From Callorhinchus milii (lineage: Eukaryota): a DNA stretch of 64,000 bases. This document shows positions 38,716-51,772 of this stretch, one piece after another. The position numbers and the translations under genes were made by a program. Location of the stretch: positions 42,410,001 through 42,474,000 of the forward strand of contig NW_024704743.1 of NCBI RefSeq assembly GCF_018977255.1. Direction: 5' to 3'. The notes beneath the pieces are model-generated. The model searched no databases. It worked only from the letters and a program-made list of their open reading frames with translations, and was not told where the DNA came from. Numbering within the stretch: position 1 is the first letter of the stretch; each line of letters begins with the position of its first letter.

Positions 38716-40539
38716 TTTTGCCCACAAAATACACAGTCAGTTCACTTTACAGTATCTTCTCTGAAGCGCTTTGAGACGTCTCAAAGACGTGATAAGGCGT
38801 TCATCAACTGCAAGGATTACTATTATAACTTCAAAATAGCACGAGGAAGGTTCGGGTGAAGGAGGCCCTCCGACACATTTAATCTCATCTTTCCAGAATA
38901 CCCACTCTACCGTCCTCCCACCACAGCACAGCATCAAGCTGTTGTTTTTAAAAATGAGTCCAACCATTAAGTACCTGTTTGGATAAAGAAATTACTTCCG
39001 TCTGTCTTGAAATTTCCCTTTGCAACTCTAAACCTGTGTCCTCTTCCTCTGCTGTATCAGTGCATCCAAAAGTATTTTTCTAGATTTACTTTCTCAAACC
39101 CATTTAAAATCTTCTATATCTCTATAAGCTCCACACATCTAGAACAAGGGGACTCAGACACAGCAGAAAAAAGGAGAGAGACAGCTTAGATCTAATTATT
39201 ACACACACACAGCAATATGAAGTGTTGCTGATCGTGTTAGTAAATTCAAGACGGAATTGAATCAATATTTGGTGAAGAATTCTTTTGAGGGGTGTGGGTA
39301 GTGTGAGATTGTTTATTTATTATTGTATTTATTATTTTATTATGTTTCAACTTTTGGGGTCTGGTCAAATGGACTACCATATTTGTTTCCCTGTGCTGTC
39401 CATTTTTATATCTTCTATGTATTTATTCATATCTGAGTTCCCACATTAATACTGGTTAAAAAGCCATTGGTTCACCAACGTTCAAATGTGTATCAGGAGT
39501 GAAGTTGACAAAACCAGCAGGCATCTCAGTCAATTCTAATCCACACATTTTTCCTCTTAATAGAAAGACAGTATAAGTAATCTTGTCCTCTGATACTGAA
39601 TGGTATTCTTTATACTGTATTATTGCCATTGTTTACATTTCAAAAGATTTTCAAAGAAGTTATTACCAAATATAAGTATATAATGCCACTTTTCATACTG
39701 AGTTCTTCTTACTTAGAATTGTTAATACGAGCTCTGCTTAAGAAGTCATTCTTTTCAATGTTTTTTAGCTTTGATATCAATCAAAAATAATAACTCAAAC
39801 ATCAAAATACACATTACATGTTTTTTAGGCCTATTTCTAAAGCTAGTTGCTGTAAAAACAGGATATGACAGATCCAAATGGAGCTATACAAAAGTTTTTA
39901 ATTCTCAGTATTGGAATGAGAGAAAAGATTTAACAATCTTGTGCTATTTTTGATGGCGCAAAAATCCTGAAATGTTTAAGCTTCAATGCACTGCACTGAT
40001 AAGATACCACTTAGTTTTTGGAAATCATAACCAGTCGAGTTAGCATTTGCTGTTGTGTTCTGTGCCATTCCTACTTTTCTGATTTTCATTATTTATTACA
40101 AAATGTAGCACGGATTTGCCATTGTGCCATTTAGTTTTACTGACACGTTAGATTACTGCATGTACCAAGGATCCATCTGAATTTATATTATAATTTGCAC
40201 TTCAACAAAATGATAGATCAACCCATGCTTCGCCAGCTGATGTGTCTGTGAAAGTGATTCACAGTACAAATTTTACTTTAGATTATTTTAATATAGATTA
40301 TAACATCGCCTACTTGCTAGGCAGGAGCTATGGTTTGCTTGCATGAGAAGGCACATATTGACCAAACCAATTATGTATGCCGACCGCAGACACATTGAAA
40401 TCGGTCCGCTGAAGAAAATCTATTCAGTGGCAATGGAAAAGCATTCCTCTCAAAAGTCCAAAAGACTGGCACTTTGCCATTGGAAAAATATCAGTCCTAC
40501 ATAAACTGGATTTACTGCAAGTAAACTCCAGTACCTCAG

Positions 40540-40860
40540 TCCCCTCCCACCTCACATACGTCAGTCCCACCCCCCGATATATTAGACAGTTCTCCTATCC
40601 CCCAAGTATGTATGCAAGTTGCCTTCGCATACATACCTCAGTCTCTTCACTATGTACATCAATCAGCTACCCCCCTCCTGAATATACATCAGTCATCCGC
40701 TACTATATTTCTCAGTCTCTCTCAGTATTCATGTCAGTCGCCCCCCAGTACGCACATCAGTTGTTTCCCAGCCAGTTGCTCTAGCCTTCCATATATCTCA
40801 GTGGCCCCCATATGTACATCATTCTCCCCCATTATGTATGTCAGTTGTCCCCCAGTCACA
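40540..40860. repeat. Degenerate ~20-25 bp minisatellite
   Basis: Recurring 'tacatcagtc..ccccc.agtat' units. Confidence 0.65.
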
Positions 40861-41565
40861 AGGCGAAGTTAAGGGTCTTTCAAATGTGTTCCAGGTTCAG
40901 TGACACTTCAGCTAACGACATGAGGAATGCCTCGCCATTATGTCAAAATATATAACTGAGGAACATCAAGATGTCTTGGGTAACAGTTATACAGCCTCCA
41001 TCTTATTAGCTTCTATGAACGTATGCAGAGTTCAGTACATTTAGTGGAATTGCACTTATTTAATAAAAAGAGATTTAATGCTGCAATTCAACAATAGCAA
41101 CCTGTGTAATGTGACTGTGTCAGTGTCCAGATATAATTGTGCCAATAGACCTAAAATGTGTTGTGTGGGAATTAATCTCCACTTGTTGATAAATGTACCC
41201 ACATTTAGAGTTGTGCACTTGGTTCAGGATACCCTATTATGACCTGTTAATGTTCAACTAGCTTGCATTAGTAAAGTGCATTTCCTTCGGAGCATACTAG
41301 GTACAATGATCCAAACTACGCTCCAGCTAGATCTCAGGTCAGAGCTACAATCTCACTAGCTACTTTGAAGTACACTGGGTTCCTTGCCGGAGATGCACTT
41401 TATGTCCTGAAATACTATGTCTAGTGCAAGGTGCATTTACACTACCTTTTTCCCGGTTTTTTAATGGGTTTTTTAAACCCCATTGAATGAACAAACACTG
41501 AGCTCATAGATCTAACAGCTTATCGGAAGAAGTGTATTGATTTGATTTATGTGGCTCTATTACAG

Positions 41566-41684
41566 GTGCATCTGTAATGCAAGTTACAGCTTCAGATGCT
41601 GATGATCCAACCTATGGGTACAGTGCCAGAGTGGTGTACAGTATTTACAGGGACAGCCCTACTTCTCAGTGGAATCGGATACAG
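41566..41684 (+). CDS. CDH10: Type II cadherin coding exon 3 (EC2) with an apparent 1-nt deletion
   Basis: 'tacag|GT GCA TCT GTA ATG CAA GTT ACA GCT TCA GAT GCT GAT GAT CCA ACC TAT' gives [27 protein letters not shown]. The conserved [13 protein letters not shown] follows in a shifted frame. Donor 'ACAG|gtcagt'. Length 119 nt, whereas 120 is needed for phase 1 to phase 1. Confidence 0.9.
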
Positions 41685-41839
41685 GTCAGTCTGAGGTTTG
41701 CTAAGTTATATTTTATGTACTTTTACAGTCATTATGTTTTGGTGTGTACAGAGGTGAAATACAAAGTAGATTCTTCAAATGGTAATGACCTGAACTGTCT
41801 GTAATTGTGCCCACAATATAATGTGCTTTCTATTATCAC

Positions 41840-42190
41840 AACTCAGCTCTCTCATGTGGATCAGAAGGGTGTGAACTCCAGACCATGACTTTTTCTTGTC
41901 GTGAAGACTGACATTCCAGTGAGGTACTGGGGTTGGCTGTATGATCAAATGTTATACCACGGTTCTATCTGCCTGACTTTATTGATCCCATGGTAGTATT
42001 CGAAAAGAGACGGGATGTTTTTCTGAAGTCCTGGACAATAATACTCCAGCACAGTTGATGGTCCAACTACCTTAGAGCTGTTTGTGGGATCTTGCTGGCA
42101 TAAATGGTTGCAATGTCTGCCTATCATAACAGTGAATAATACTTGAGAATAATTATGCTTGTCCCACTTTGAGTTGTTTTGACATAATAA
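41840..42190 (+). mobile_element. Deu-domain SINE, old
   Basis: 'tcagaagggtgtg...ctgacattccagtgaggtactg...gatcccatggtagtattcgaaaaga'. Confidence 0.6.
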
Positions 42191-42195
42191 TATAA

Positions 42196-42365
42196 TTCTA
42201 GAGTATCAGGTCACCGCTGACATCATTTCCTGCATGCTGCTCAATCACATTACACACAATTAGTGCCACTGACATCACTTCCTTTGCAAAGTGATGTCAG
42301 AGAGCTTTCTGCACATGTGTACAATGTGCAGGAACTAGTGTTAGCGATGACCTGATGACCCAGAA
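42196..42365. repeat. Fold-back palindrome (MITE-like)
   Basis: Outer arms 42205-42234 and 42327-42356 match 25/30 as an inverted repeat. Inner perfect 12-bp arms ctgacatcactt / aagtgatgtcag (42269-42300). Confidence 0.8.
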
Positions 42366-44129
42366 GGCAACCATTATTTTAGCATGGGTTGACAGCTAGT
42401 CAGTGCCAAACCGAGTGCAGAGTACATCCTTGCTATAAACATACATGTATTAAACCGGGGCCTGTTCTAATAAGAACATTCTGTAAAATATGCAATTTCC
42501 TTTTATAAAATTCAAAAATGTCAGGCCTTTGTTTTTTCTATTTCTATAAATCAGAAATACTTATACAATACATCTAACACACAATTGGAGCAAATTCCTT
42601 TCATATCTATTTCCCAATTGGTGTCTGATTAACTGAACAAATTAAATATCTGCGGCTCCCGGTGGCACCATGTACTTTAAATCAGGTCACTGTAAATGCA
42701 GGCTGTGGCTCACTGAGCAGAGAAAGGTTAACATTCTTGACAATTAAATATGAATTTGAATTTGAATTATCTTTTCTGCTCACTCAGTATTTATAACATT
42801 GCTATAAGAACATTTCTATGCAACACATTAGGTAAATTGTAAGCATTCCTCACATTTGAGACACCTGTATATTATTCAGCAAGTTCATGACTCATTGTAA
42901 ATCAACACTGCTGGAGTTCTTGAATGCATGTTGCCACTCTAGTGATAGAGGAGTTAATATTCGAAAGCAATTGAGGCTGTTTTTGTGACAGAGTAATCTG
43001 TCTAGTATTTGAGATAGATCTGCCATGTTAATGATACATATCTCCTATACAAATGAGCCATGTGCTCTTCGTGGATACATTATCTACTATTTACATCTAA
43101 AATCACAGGACCGGATCACAGGAACCAATGACCAATTTGTGAAAGTGTCACTTTTCAATCACTTCTATGCGATTTTTTGTCAGCGTTACTGCATGAGGTT
43201 TCATGTTGTTCTCCTGTTCGCCAGCCAAATTGCTTAGTTATTACGCTGTTTCAAATACTCTAAACTAACGTGATTTCATGCACAAAATGTGATGGATTAG
43301 TCCGAAATGAACAGAAATATGGTACACTTACAGAGCTATAATGTGATTGCTTAGGGTCATTTAGGTTACATTAAGATAATCTCTTCAAAGCCTCAAATAT
43401 TACTCACTTTATCAAATGTTAGTCATGGGAAGATCAGGAATGATTTAGACTTAATGTCGATCATTGTACTTGATGGCTTTTTATTCATAATGAACAGAGA
43501 CTGAAAATAAGCTGAGGAATCTAGAGATGAGGGTAGACATGGATCTCAAGCTCATCAGTTTGGGGGATTAGGTGGAAAGGAAAACTAATCGACCCAATTT
43601 GAAGATTTGCGCATTCAAATTAGGTGAATTGCTTATTTTTTGGTAAGTAATAAAAACATTGCAAATCCACACACATTTCTACTTTATTCCAGTAGTTTAA
43701 GAACTTGGCGAAAACTTGCTGATTACATACAGTTTGCTGCTGATCCTTCTTTGGCTAAATGGACAGTGAGGAGAATAAGACATCAAATCAAATGAAATGT
43801 CCAACAGGCTGTGATGGATACATGTCGGCTCATAGCGCAAAACAGCACTTTAATAACATGATGCCGCTGTCTATAGACTCACCTGGAGGCCAGCAGTAGC
43901 AACTCTGCCTCAGGAGTCACATGCTACCATTTCCTTAATATGGAATGGGAAGAGCCCTCAGTACATGTCGCCTTGCAGGTTTATTAGGCAAAGTCCAGCT
44001 TTCTAATAAATGTTGACTTGTATTCATGCCTTGTTGCAAGTACAAGACGGCACAAGTGTTGCTGTCTGAGCTGTGAGATACAACCCCAGAGTATAAACAG
44101 GAATAAACTGCACAACACTTGGAGCTCAG

Positions 44130-47100
44130 GTTAGCACAGAGAGACTGTCCCATCACTCTCTCCGCAGCAACTGTCTCCAAAAGGCAAACACCCCTTCCCC
44201 TTCCCTCATCCATACCCTCTCCAATTCTTCCTGCTCTTCAAACTGCATGGTCACTTCTCCCCCATGACCCCAAATCCTCTCTATATCACTCTCCCCATCA
44301 CCGCCCCCCACCAGCAAACGTATCCACATTTCCCTCCAAGATGTCCGCTTCCTCTCCAACAAAGCCCTTACTATCCATGACCGCATTCTGAATGAGCACA
44401 TTGATATTCTTGGGCTTACAGAAACGTGGCTCTTCCCCGGTGACCCTGTCACCCTCGTTTAAGCTTCCCCTTCTGGCTACACTTTCTACCATACCCCCCG
44501 CTCCAACCAACGTGGTGGCGGAGTAGCCCTCATTTCCAAAGCTTCCCTCAGTTTATCCTCTTATTCCTCTGGCTGTTTCTAATCATTTGAGCACCTCACC
44601 CTCTACCTCCCTCCTCTCTCTTCCTCAAAATCCTCCTAGTTTACCACCCCGCCAAGCTTCCTGGCTCCCTCCTCACCAATATCTCCTCCCTCCTCTCATC
44701 CCTGTCCCTCTGCACTGAACATCTGCTTATAATGGGTGATTTCAACCTCCACCTAAACTCCCCTTGCACCACCTCCTCGGATTTCACTGCCCTCCTCTCC
44801 TCCCTAAAGCTCATCCTGCACATCAACTTGCTGACCCACAACCATGGCCATTCCCTCGACCCCGTCATCACACATGGCCTTGACATTTCCGACCTTTCTA
44901 TTATGGACAAGGCCATCTAGGACCACTTCCCCATCTTCCTCTACACCCACGTATTCCTCCCTTTTTCCAAGCCCTCCACCATTTCTTTCTGCCATTGGAA
45001 AAAGCTTCCCCCTGAGACGCTCACAAATGTCCGCTTTTCTTCGGACTTCCTCTCTCTCTGGCCCTCCACCCCAGCGATCTTGATGCAGCCATCAAGATGC
45101 TGAATGACCATCTCTCCACAACCTTCAATTCCTTGGCTTTCCTGAAATCCAGGATTGTTCCCGCTCCTCCAATACAACAATACAACAGTCACCTCCGCTC
45201 ACTCAAAACACATACCCGGATGCTCGAGCCCAGATGGCAGAAATCCGGCCTCACGATTCAAGCTGTGGCTTGAGCACCTTTGCACCTACCACCTCTCCCT
45301 TTCACAGGCCAAATCTGACTTTTACTTCAAAGTCATCCTGGAAGCAAACAACAATTCATAGACACTGTTTTCCACCATCCATCACCTCCTCCGTGCACCC
45401 GCTCAAGCCCCCTCTATCCTCAAATCAAACGCCAAGTGTGAAGAGGTCCTAGACTTCTTCATCTCAAAGATTGAAAACATCCACTTGGCTGCATTGTCCT
45501 TCCCCTCTAAGTCCCCTTCCACCCCACCCAGACCATCCACACCGTCTTCCCTCTCTGCCACAGCTCCTGCCACTACCTCCTCCTTACACTCCTTTGCCCC
45601 CATTTTTTCCCTCCTTCCTCTCAATCATAATCACCTGCATGAAGTTCACCACTTGCTACCTCGCTCCCTCCCCACCCATCTGCTGGTCACTCAACTCCCC
45701 CTCTTCGCCCCCCCCTGCTGGCCGACACGATCAACCAGTTTCTCTCCTCAGGTCCTGTTCCACTCCCCTGAAAACCGCTATTATCACACCCCCTCCTCAA
45801 AAAACCCACCTTCGATCCCTCTAATCTCCCACACAACCATTCCATCTCCAACCTACCCTTCCTGCCAAAGTCCTGGATTGTATTGTTGCAGGTCAATTTC
45901 TGTCACATCTCTCCCTCCACTCCCTCCTTGAGTCCCTGCAGTCTGGTTTTCGCCCTGCCCACAGCACAAAGACAACGCTTGTCATAGAATCATAGAATTA
46001 TACAGCACAGAAGATGGCCATTCGGCCCATCGTGTCTGTGCTGGCTCTTTGAACAAGAGCCATCCAATTCAATCCCAAATCCCCGCACACTCCCCATAGC
46101 TCTGCAAACTTGTCCTCTCCAAATAATTATCTATTTCTCTCTTAAAAGTTGTTATCAAATTGTTTTCCACTACCCCTTCAGGCAATGTATTCCAGAGTCC
46201 GAAGTCACAAACAACATTCTCTCTATCTGTGACTAGGGATCCCTCTGCCTTCTCGTCCTCCTGGATCTCTTCCGCGTTCGACACAGTCGACCACGTCATC
46301 CTCCTGCATCGGCTCCTCCCTCATCTACTTTAGTGGGACCGTACTCGCATGGTCGAGTTCTACTTAACCAACCGCCTCCATTTCATCTCAGCAAATGGTT
46401 TCTTCTCCCGGCCCCGTCCAATCACCTGGGGGGTACCCCAGGGCTCCATCCTTGCCCTCTTCTTTTCCATATCTATATGCTCCCTGTGGAGGATGTCATC
46501 CGCAGACACAGGGTAAACTTGCACATGTATGCAGATGAAACGCAAGTCTACTTTGCCTCCTCCAGTACCAACTCCAGGTCCGCCGATGTCCCTGACCAAG
46601 ACCGCCTTCTTCCACCTCCGCCACATTGTATCTTACCCCAAATGCAGCCAAAACCCTCGTGCATGCGTTTGTCGCCTCCCGCTTGGATTACTCCAACGCA
46701 CTCCTCGCTGGTCTCCCCAGCTCCACCATTCACAAGATCCAGCTCATTCAGAATTCTGCCATCCGCATACTGACTCAGACCAAATTCTGTACCCACATCT
46801 CACCAGTTCTGGCCAAGCTCCACTGTCTCCCTATCACTGAATGGATTCAACTTCAAGATCCTCACTCTCATGTTCAAATCCATTCACTCCCTGATACCTC
46901 CCTACCTCTCTAACCTCCTCACTCCCCAATCCACCACCCCGTGCCTCCACTTGACTGGCACTGGACTCCTGCTCATCCACCTACTGCCCCACCATCAGAA
47001 GTTGTGCTTTCAGCCACTATACTCCAAAACTCTGGAACACTCTCCCTCAATCCCTCCGCCATGTCCCCTCTTTCCCCTCTTTCAAGTCCCCCTGAAAACT

Positions 47101-47168
47101 TTCCTCTTCGACCGTCCTCCTGACGTGAAAGGCGCTTTATAAATGGAATCTTGTTGTTGTTGTTGTTG
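44130..47168 (+). mobile_element. L2-family LINE, long degenerate copy
   Basis: C-rich sequence with endonuclease (ILGLTETW, MGDFNLHLN), RT (QSGFRPAHST, AFDTVDH, GVPQGS, YADETQ) and C-terminal [17 protein letters not shown] motifs. Tail 'gtgaaaggcgctttataaat...(ttg)n'. Confidence 0.9.
45984..46200 (-). mobile_element. CR1 3' end nested in the L2 RT domain
   Basis: Begins with the reverse complement of the CR1 terminal repeat (atagaatcatagaattatacagc) and encodes LWNTLPEGVVE...FKREID. Interrupts L2 between 'cttgtc' and 'gaagtcac'. Confidence 0.85.
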
Positions 47169-47174
47169 TACTGA

Positions 47175-47282
47175 CGACCACCTCCCCACCGCCCCCCGGC
47201 TCAGAGTCAGACTCCGCCACTGTTAAGCGCTCTGAGATGCTACCCTGCATGGAGGTCGCTATATAAGTGCAAGTTGTTGTTA
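47175..47282 (+). mobile_element. Second L2 3' end in tandem
   Basis: 'ggctcagagtcagactccgccactgttaagcgctctgagatgctaccctgc...ttgttgtt', the same 3' UTR as the copy at 7428-7520 (minus strand). Confidence 0.75.
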
Positions 47283-47889
47283 TTATTTTAACTGCAATGA
47301 AAGTTCCTTGAAGTGCAATAGAAAATAGTTTGTACAAAGCACATTTTTTTCATACAAAACACAGTACAAAATGCTTTCTCATCTGCCTTTATTACTCTAC
47401 ATGGCATTAAATGAAAAAGCAATATCCAGAGTGTTCCATACACAATGGAAAGAAAAACCCATAATGACTGTCTCCCAATTGGTGTCTGAATAGCTGAATA
47501 CATTGATTGTTCATTGCCACGTCTACTCTTGGCCTCCTCTTTGTGTAATTCCATTAACTGTAAATGCAAACTGTAAATCTGAACTCTCCTTCCTACAACG
47601 CAAAGCGTATTCGGAAGGCTTGAGCAAGGAGCACTGCTATTATTGCGGCATCTGTCTAATGTTTCTGACCCACCAGATCTCACAGCTGAAGCAAACTAAA
47701 TGGAGGGGTCAGGAATGAGAGGACAATTTGGATCAGAAATTCAAGAACAATGTAGAGAGGTCAGCTGTTACATCTCTGGTTACAATATAAAACCCTTTTG
47801 AGGCATCAGTGATATAAGCAACAGATGAGTCAAACCAATATTAACACCAGGAGATGCAGAAAACTAAAACTAATTTTAGCTATAAATGG

Positions 47890-48160
47890 CTCATTTAGAG
47901 GGGACCTAGTAGAGATGTTTAAAATTATAAAAGGGTTCAATGGGGTTAGCATAAATAGACTGTTTCCACTGGTTGGGGAATCCGTAATCAGAAGATGCAA
48001 GTATAAGATAGCGACTAGGGGATCTGAAAGAGAAGCTACTTCACGCAAAGGGTAATGAGATTGCAGAACTCGCTGCCTGAAGCAGTGGTTGAGTCAAATA
48101 GTGTAGATGCATTCAAGAGGAAACTAGACCTTCACATGAAGGAGAGGGGGATAGAAGACT
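47890..48160 (+). mobile_element. CR1 ORF2 C-terminal fragment
   Basis: RGDLVEMFKIIKGF...LFPLVGES...NSLPEAVVE..S..AFKRKLD. Confidence 0.8.
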
Positions 48161-48162
48161 AT

Positions 48163-48555
48163 ATAATAATAATAATAATAATAATAATCCTTGCGTTTGA
48201 TATAGCTACTTATCACATCTTCGTGGCATCTCAAAGTGCTTCACAGAATATACTGTGAAGTGAATTGACTGTATATTTTGTGGGGGAAACGCAGCAGCCA
48301 ATTGCACACAGAAGTGTAACACAAACAGTCGTGGATTGAGTGATTAAATTATTATCATTATTTTTGAGGGGAAGGAATTATTACCCCTGGAAAAGCATTC
48401 CGCCAATCGACTAACAATTGGGTTCCTATTTACTGGTAGGTAAACAGAGGCATGTGTATAGACTAAGGAAACTCACCCAATGTTTTGCCCCACCAGGAAT
48501 CGAACCCAGGTTTCTCACTTGCAAGTCAAGTACTCTAACCACTGAGCTACAGGAT
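48163..48555 (-). mobile_element. tRNA-derived SINE, long-centre form
   Basis: A/B boxes, central 'cctctgtttacctaccagtaaataggaaccc', (tta)n tail. Confidence 0.9.
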
Positions 48556-49524
48556 TTCACCAAAATAAATATAATTGCAAATATAATGTGACAAAAATGC
48601 ATTAAATATCGGCCAATGGTTGCTACAATAATCCCTTTGGGATGATTCACTCATTCACTCGATCACCGGCACTGACTGTTGGGCCAACTGGTCTGTTTCC
48701 ATGCTGACATTCTTTGGAAATCTTTGTAAACACTCCCTCATTTCCAATATTAAAACTGACCAGCAATGACTCAAGAAATATCATTACATTTATTGTAGAA
48801 ATGCTGCACCTACATGCCTTGAAAACACAGCAGCGGATTTGATTTGTTCATCGGGAAGACTTGAAACACTCATATCTCTGTGTCACAAGAATGCGATTTC
48901 CAGCCCCATGGTAGAATTCAAGCTCATAGTTTATAAGCAAGAAAGATTTGGATGAGGACGTCTGTTTTGCCTATTTGATCTCTTCCCTTCAGAATAGCCA
49001 TCTTACTTTCCTCCAATTACAGCAATAAGCTTTTTTTTAACAAATCCAGCATTTTGTCCTCAATCATCCTTTCTGATAACATGTTCCAGGCATTAGTCAC
49101 CCTCTAGGCAAAGATAAACTCCCAAGTGTCTGTCCAGAATTTGCACTTTGTATCTCTAAACTTCTGTCTTCTCGTTCCATTGCAAGGATTATTATTATTA
49201 TAATATTAATATCATCCACATTAAGCTGCAGGAAGTTGGAAACTCATCTAAGCTTTGATGGTCTGACAAAGCAGGCGGACAGGACATCCAAATAACTTGT
49301 CTAATCCCTGTGCATACTCCATTCCATTAATACTGCAGGTTATCCTCATTCCTCTGCATTTGCCGCGAGGGACTGGTTAGCCTCCTATTTCATGGTCACC
49401 AGAACCGTACATGACATTACAGGTGTGACCTGACCAGAGCACTGTACAACCTAACTGTGACTTCTGGGGATCTGGAATTAACTGAATTGATGCTAACTGT
49501 GGAAGCACTGCATTCTAGAAGGTT

Positions 49525-49830
49525 CTGTGGTAGCACTCTCGCCTCTGAGTCAGAAGGTTGTGAGTTGAAGCCCCACTTCGGGATTTGGGAATTACCAAGT
49601 CTTAAAACGACACTCCAATGCAGTGCTGGGGGTGTGTTGCATGATCAACATTCAGACACTGCTGGGACGTTACATGGGACATTGCTGTGCACAAACTGGC
49701 TGCCATTTTTCACCAACAGAATACACAGTCAATCTACTTTACAGTATATCTGTGAAGTGCTTTGAGATGTCTCGACAACGTGATAAGCAGCTATATCAAA
49801 TGCAAGGATTATCATGAGGATTATTATTTT
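49525..49830 (+). mobile_element. Deu-type SINE head fused to the common SINE tail
   Basis: 'ggtagcactctcgcctctgagtcagaaggttgtgagttgaagcccc' followed by the shared tail. Confidence 0.7.
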
Positions 49831-51454
49831 TCTGTCCTTTGAATAAGACATTAAATAGAGCTCCTGTCTTCAGCCTGTTCTTCATCAGGACATTAACAAT
49901 CAAGTGGAGCTACTCAAAAGTAGAAGGGAATTTCTACTGAAGTCTGACCAATAATCATCCAGTTAAAATCAATCCTTCACTCCATGACTGTTTGTGGGGC
50001 CTTCCTGTGTGAACAAAAACAGTCACTACTCTTGACATTAATTACTTCGCCCACAAATATACAGTCAATTCACTTTACAGTATATTCTGTGAAGCGCTTT
50101 GAGACGTCTAGAAAACTTGAAAAGCGCTATATCAAATGCAAGGATTATTATTATTATATTATTATTACTGGAAAGGGCTTATAGAAGTTTTGACCTAATA
50201 ATGCATTGCAACAATACAATTTTTTTACACTCTGATAATCTTTCTTCTACATACCCCATCTGTTGTCTTATGCCAGCAGCTATTAAATCAAAGGGAAGAA
50301 ATAAATGTTTGGTATGATCTGCATGTGGAGGATAAGTCAAGTCAACAAAACACTCATCATGTTGACATGTTTGCTGTAAATCATAAATGTTGCACATCAG
50401 CTTCTCCCTGTGATATTTAGCTGCAGGAGCTGACACTGGCTACAAAATGTAGTGACCCCTATGATAGTGGTAAATGGTGTGATACAGATGAGGCATCTAC
50501 AACAGACAGTTACCAACCTACTGTCAGCTGCCTTAATGACAGCCAGAAGCAAGTCCCATTGATGTTAGCGTAACCCATGCGTGTCAACATACAGTGGTTT
50601 GTGTTGCCTTCAGCAGCTTGAGGTGGCACAGGAGCTAAACCAGCAATTACAGTTGTAATGCACCAAGGATGTACAGTTTGTCTGCACGCAACAACTCGAG
50701 TAAGGCAGAGAGCAGGTTCCCTAATGCTGCAGGTTAAAAGATGGCAGTTATTTCTCTGAGTACTTTTGCTGGTTTTCAGACAGACTGCTGGATGGAACAA
50801 CCCTATAATAACATCTAAAAGAGATATAGCTGTACACTGTCTGGTGTGAAACTGTACCGAGACATGAGGAAAGTAGACGTGTAACGAAATAGGTTCAATC
50901 CTTTGGCCCGTGTAGAGTTAGCTGATTGAAAACAAGCCTGTCAAATTCTCATACTTGGTCTTAATTTGAAAGCCATTTTTTTAAAGAACCATAAAATTGT
51001 TAAGAATTTACCATAGTTTTGTCTGATGTTACATTTTGAAGATAAAATTGGGGAATATAGAAAACTCTGAACATGTTGCATTGAGTCATTCTATCTGAAT
51101 AAGAGTTGTTTTATGGGGGATTAATTCCTGGCCCCATTACAACTTTCATTTGCTCTGGGTTGTGATCCGAAAGTCAAAACTTGCATGTAGGATGAACGCC
51201 TTGATGTGCTTCACAGAAACCATAGGAGTACACCAGAAGATGTGAGAGAAAATCATTGTGAGCATGTCTCTGAACATGGGAGGGAATTGGTCAGGGGTCA
51301 ATGTTGCCTATAGTCTACTGTCCTACAGTTAGCATTTATTGTGATGGACAAATTCAAATAGCATTCTCCTATGGTCCCTTCTATGTCATGCTGCTCAGGT
51401 ATCAGCAACAGTGAATGAGCCTTTGTAGGCGTTCCCCAGCTTTGATGGTTATGT

Positions 51455-51772
51455 GGAGTCCTGTAGCTCAGTGGTTAGGGAACTCGCCTTGCAAGAGAGA
51501 CACCTGGGTTCAATTCCAGGCAGGGTGAAACCTTGGGCAAGTTTCCTACTCCACACGCCTAATAATAATCCCTCCAAAACAAAACAATAATAGATTGATC
51601 ATTTTCAATCCACGACTGTTTGTGGAACACTGCTGTGTGCAATTGGCTGCCACATTTCGTCCACAAATATACGGTCAATTCATTTTATAGTATATTCTGT
51701 GAAGCACTTTGAGACATCTAGAAGACGTGAAAAGCGCTATATCAAATGCAAGGATTATTATTATTATTATTA
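51455..51772 (+). mobile_element. tRNA-derived SINE, short-centre form, full length
   Basis: ggagtcctgtagctcagtggttag...ggttcaattcc...(tta)n. Confidence 0.93.

Noticed and set aside
51455..51520. tRNA genes at SINE heads (also 28650-28719, 59220-59290, 63500-63560)
   Set aside because: tRNA-like A/B boxes run into SINE bodies and TTA tails; they are SINE heads.
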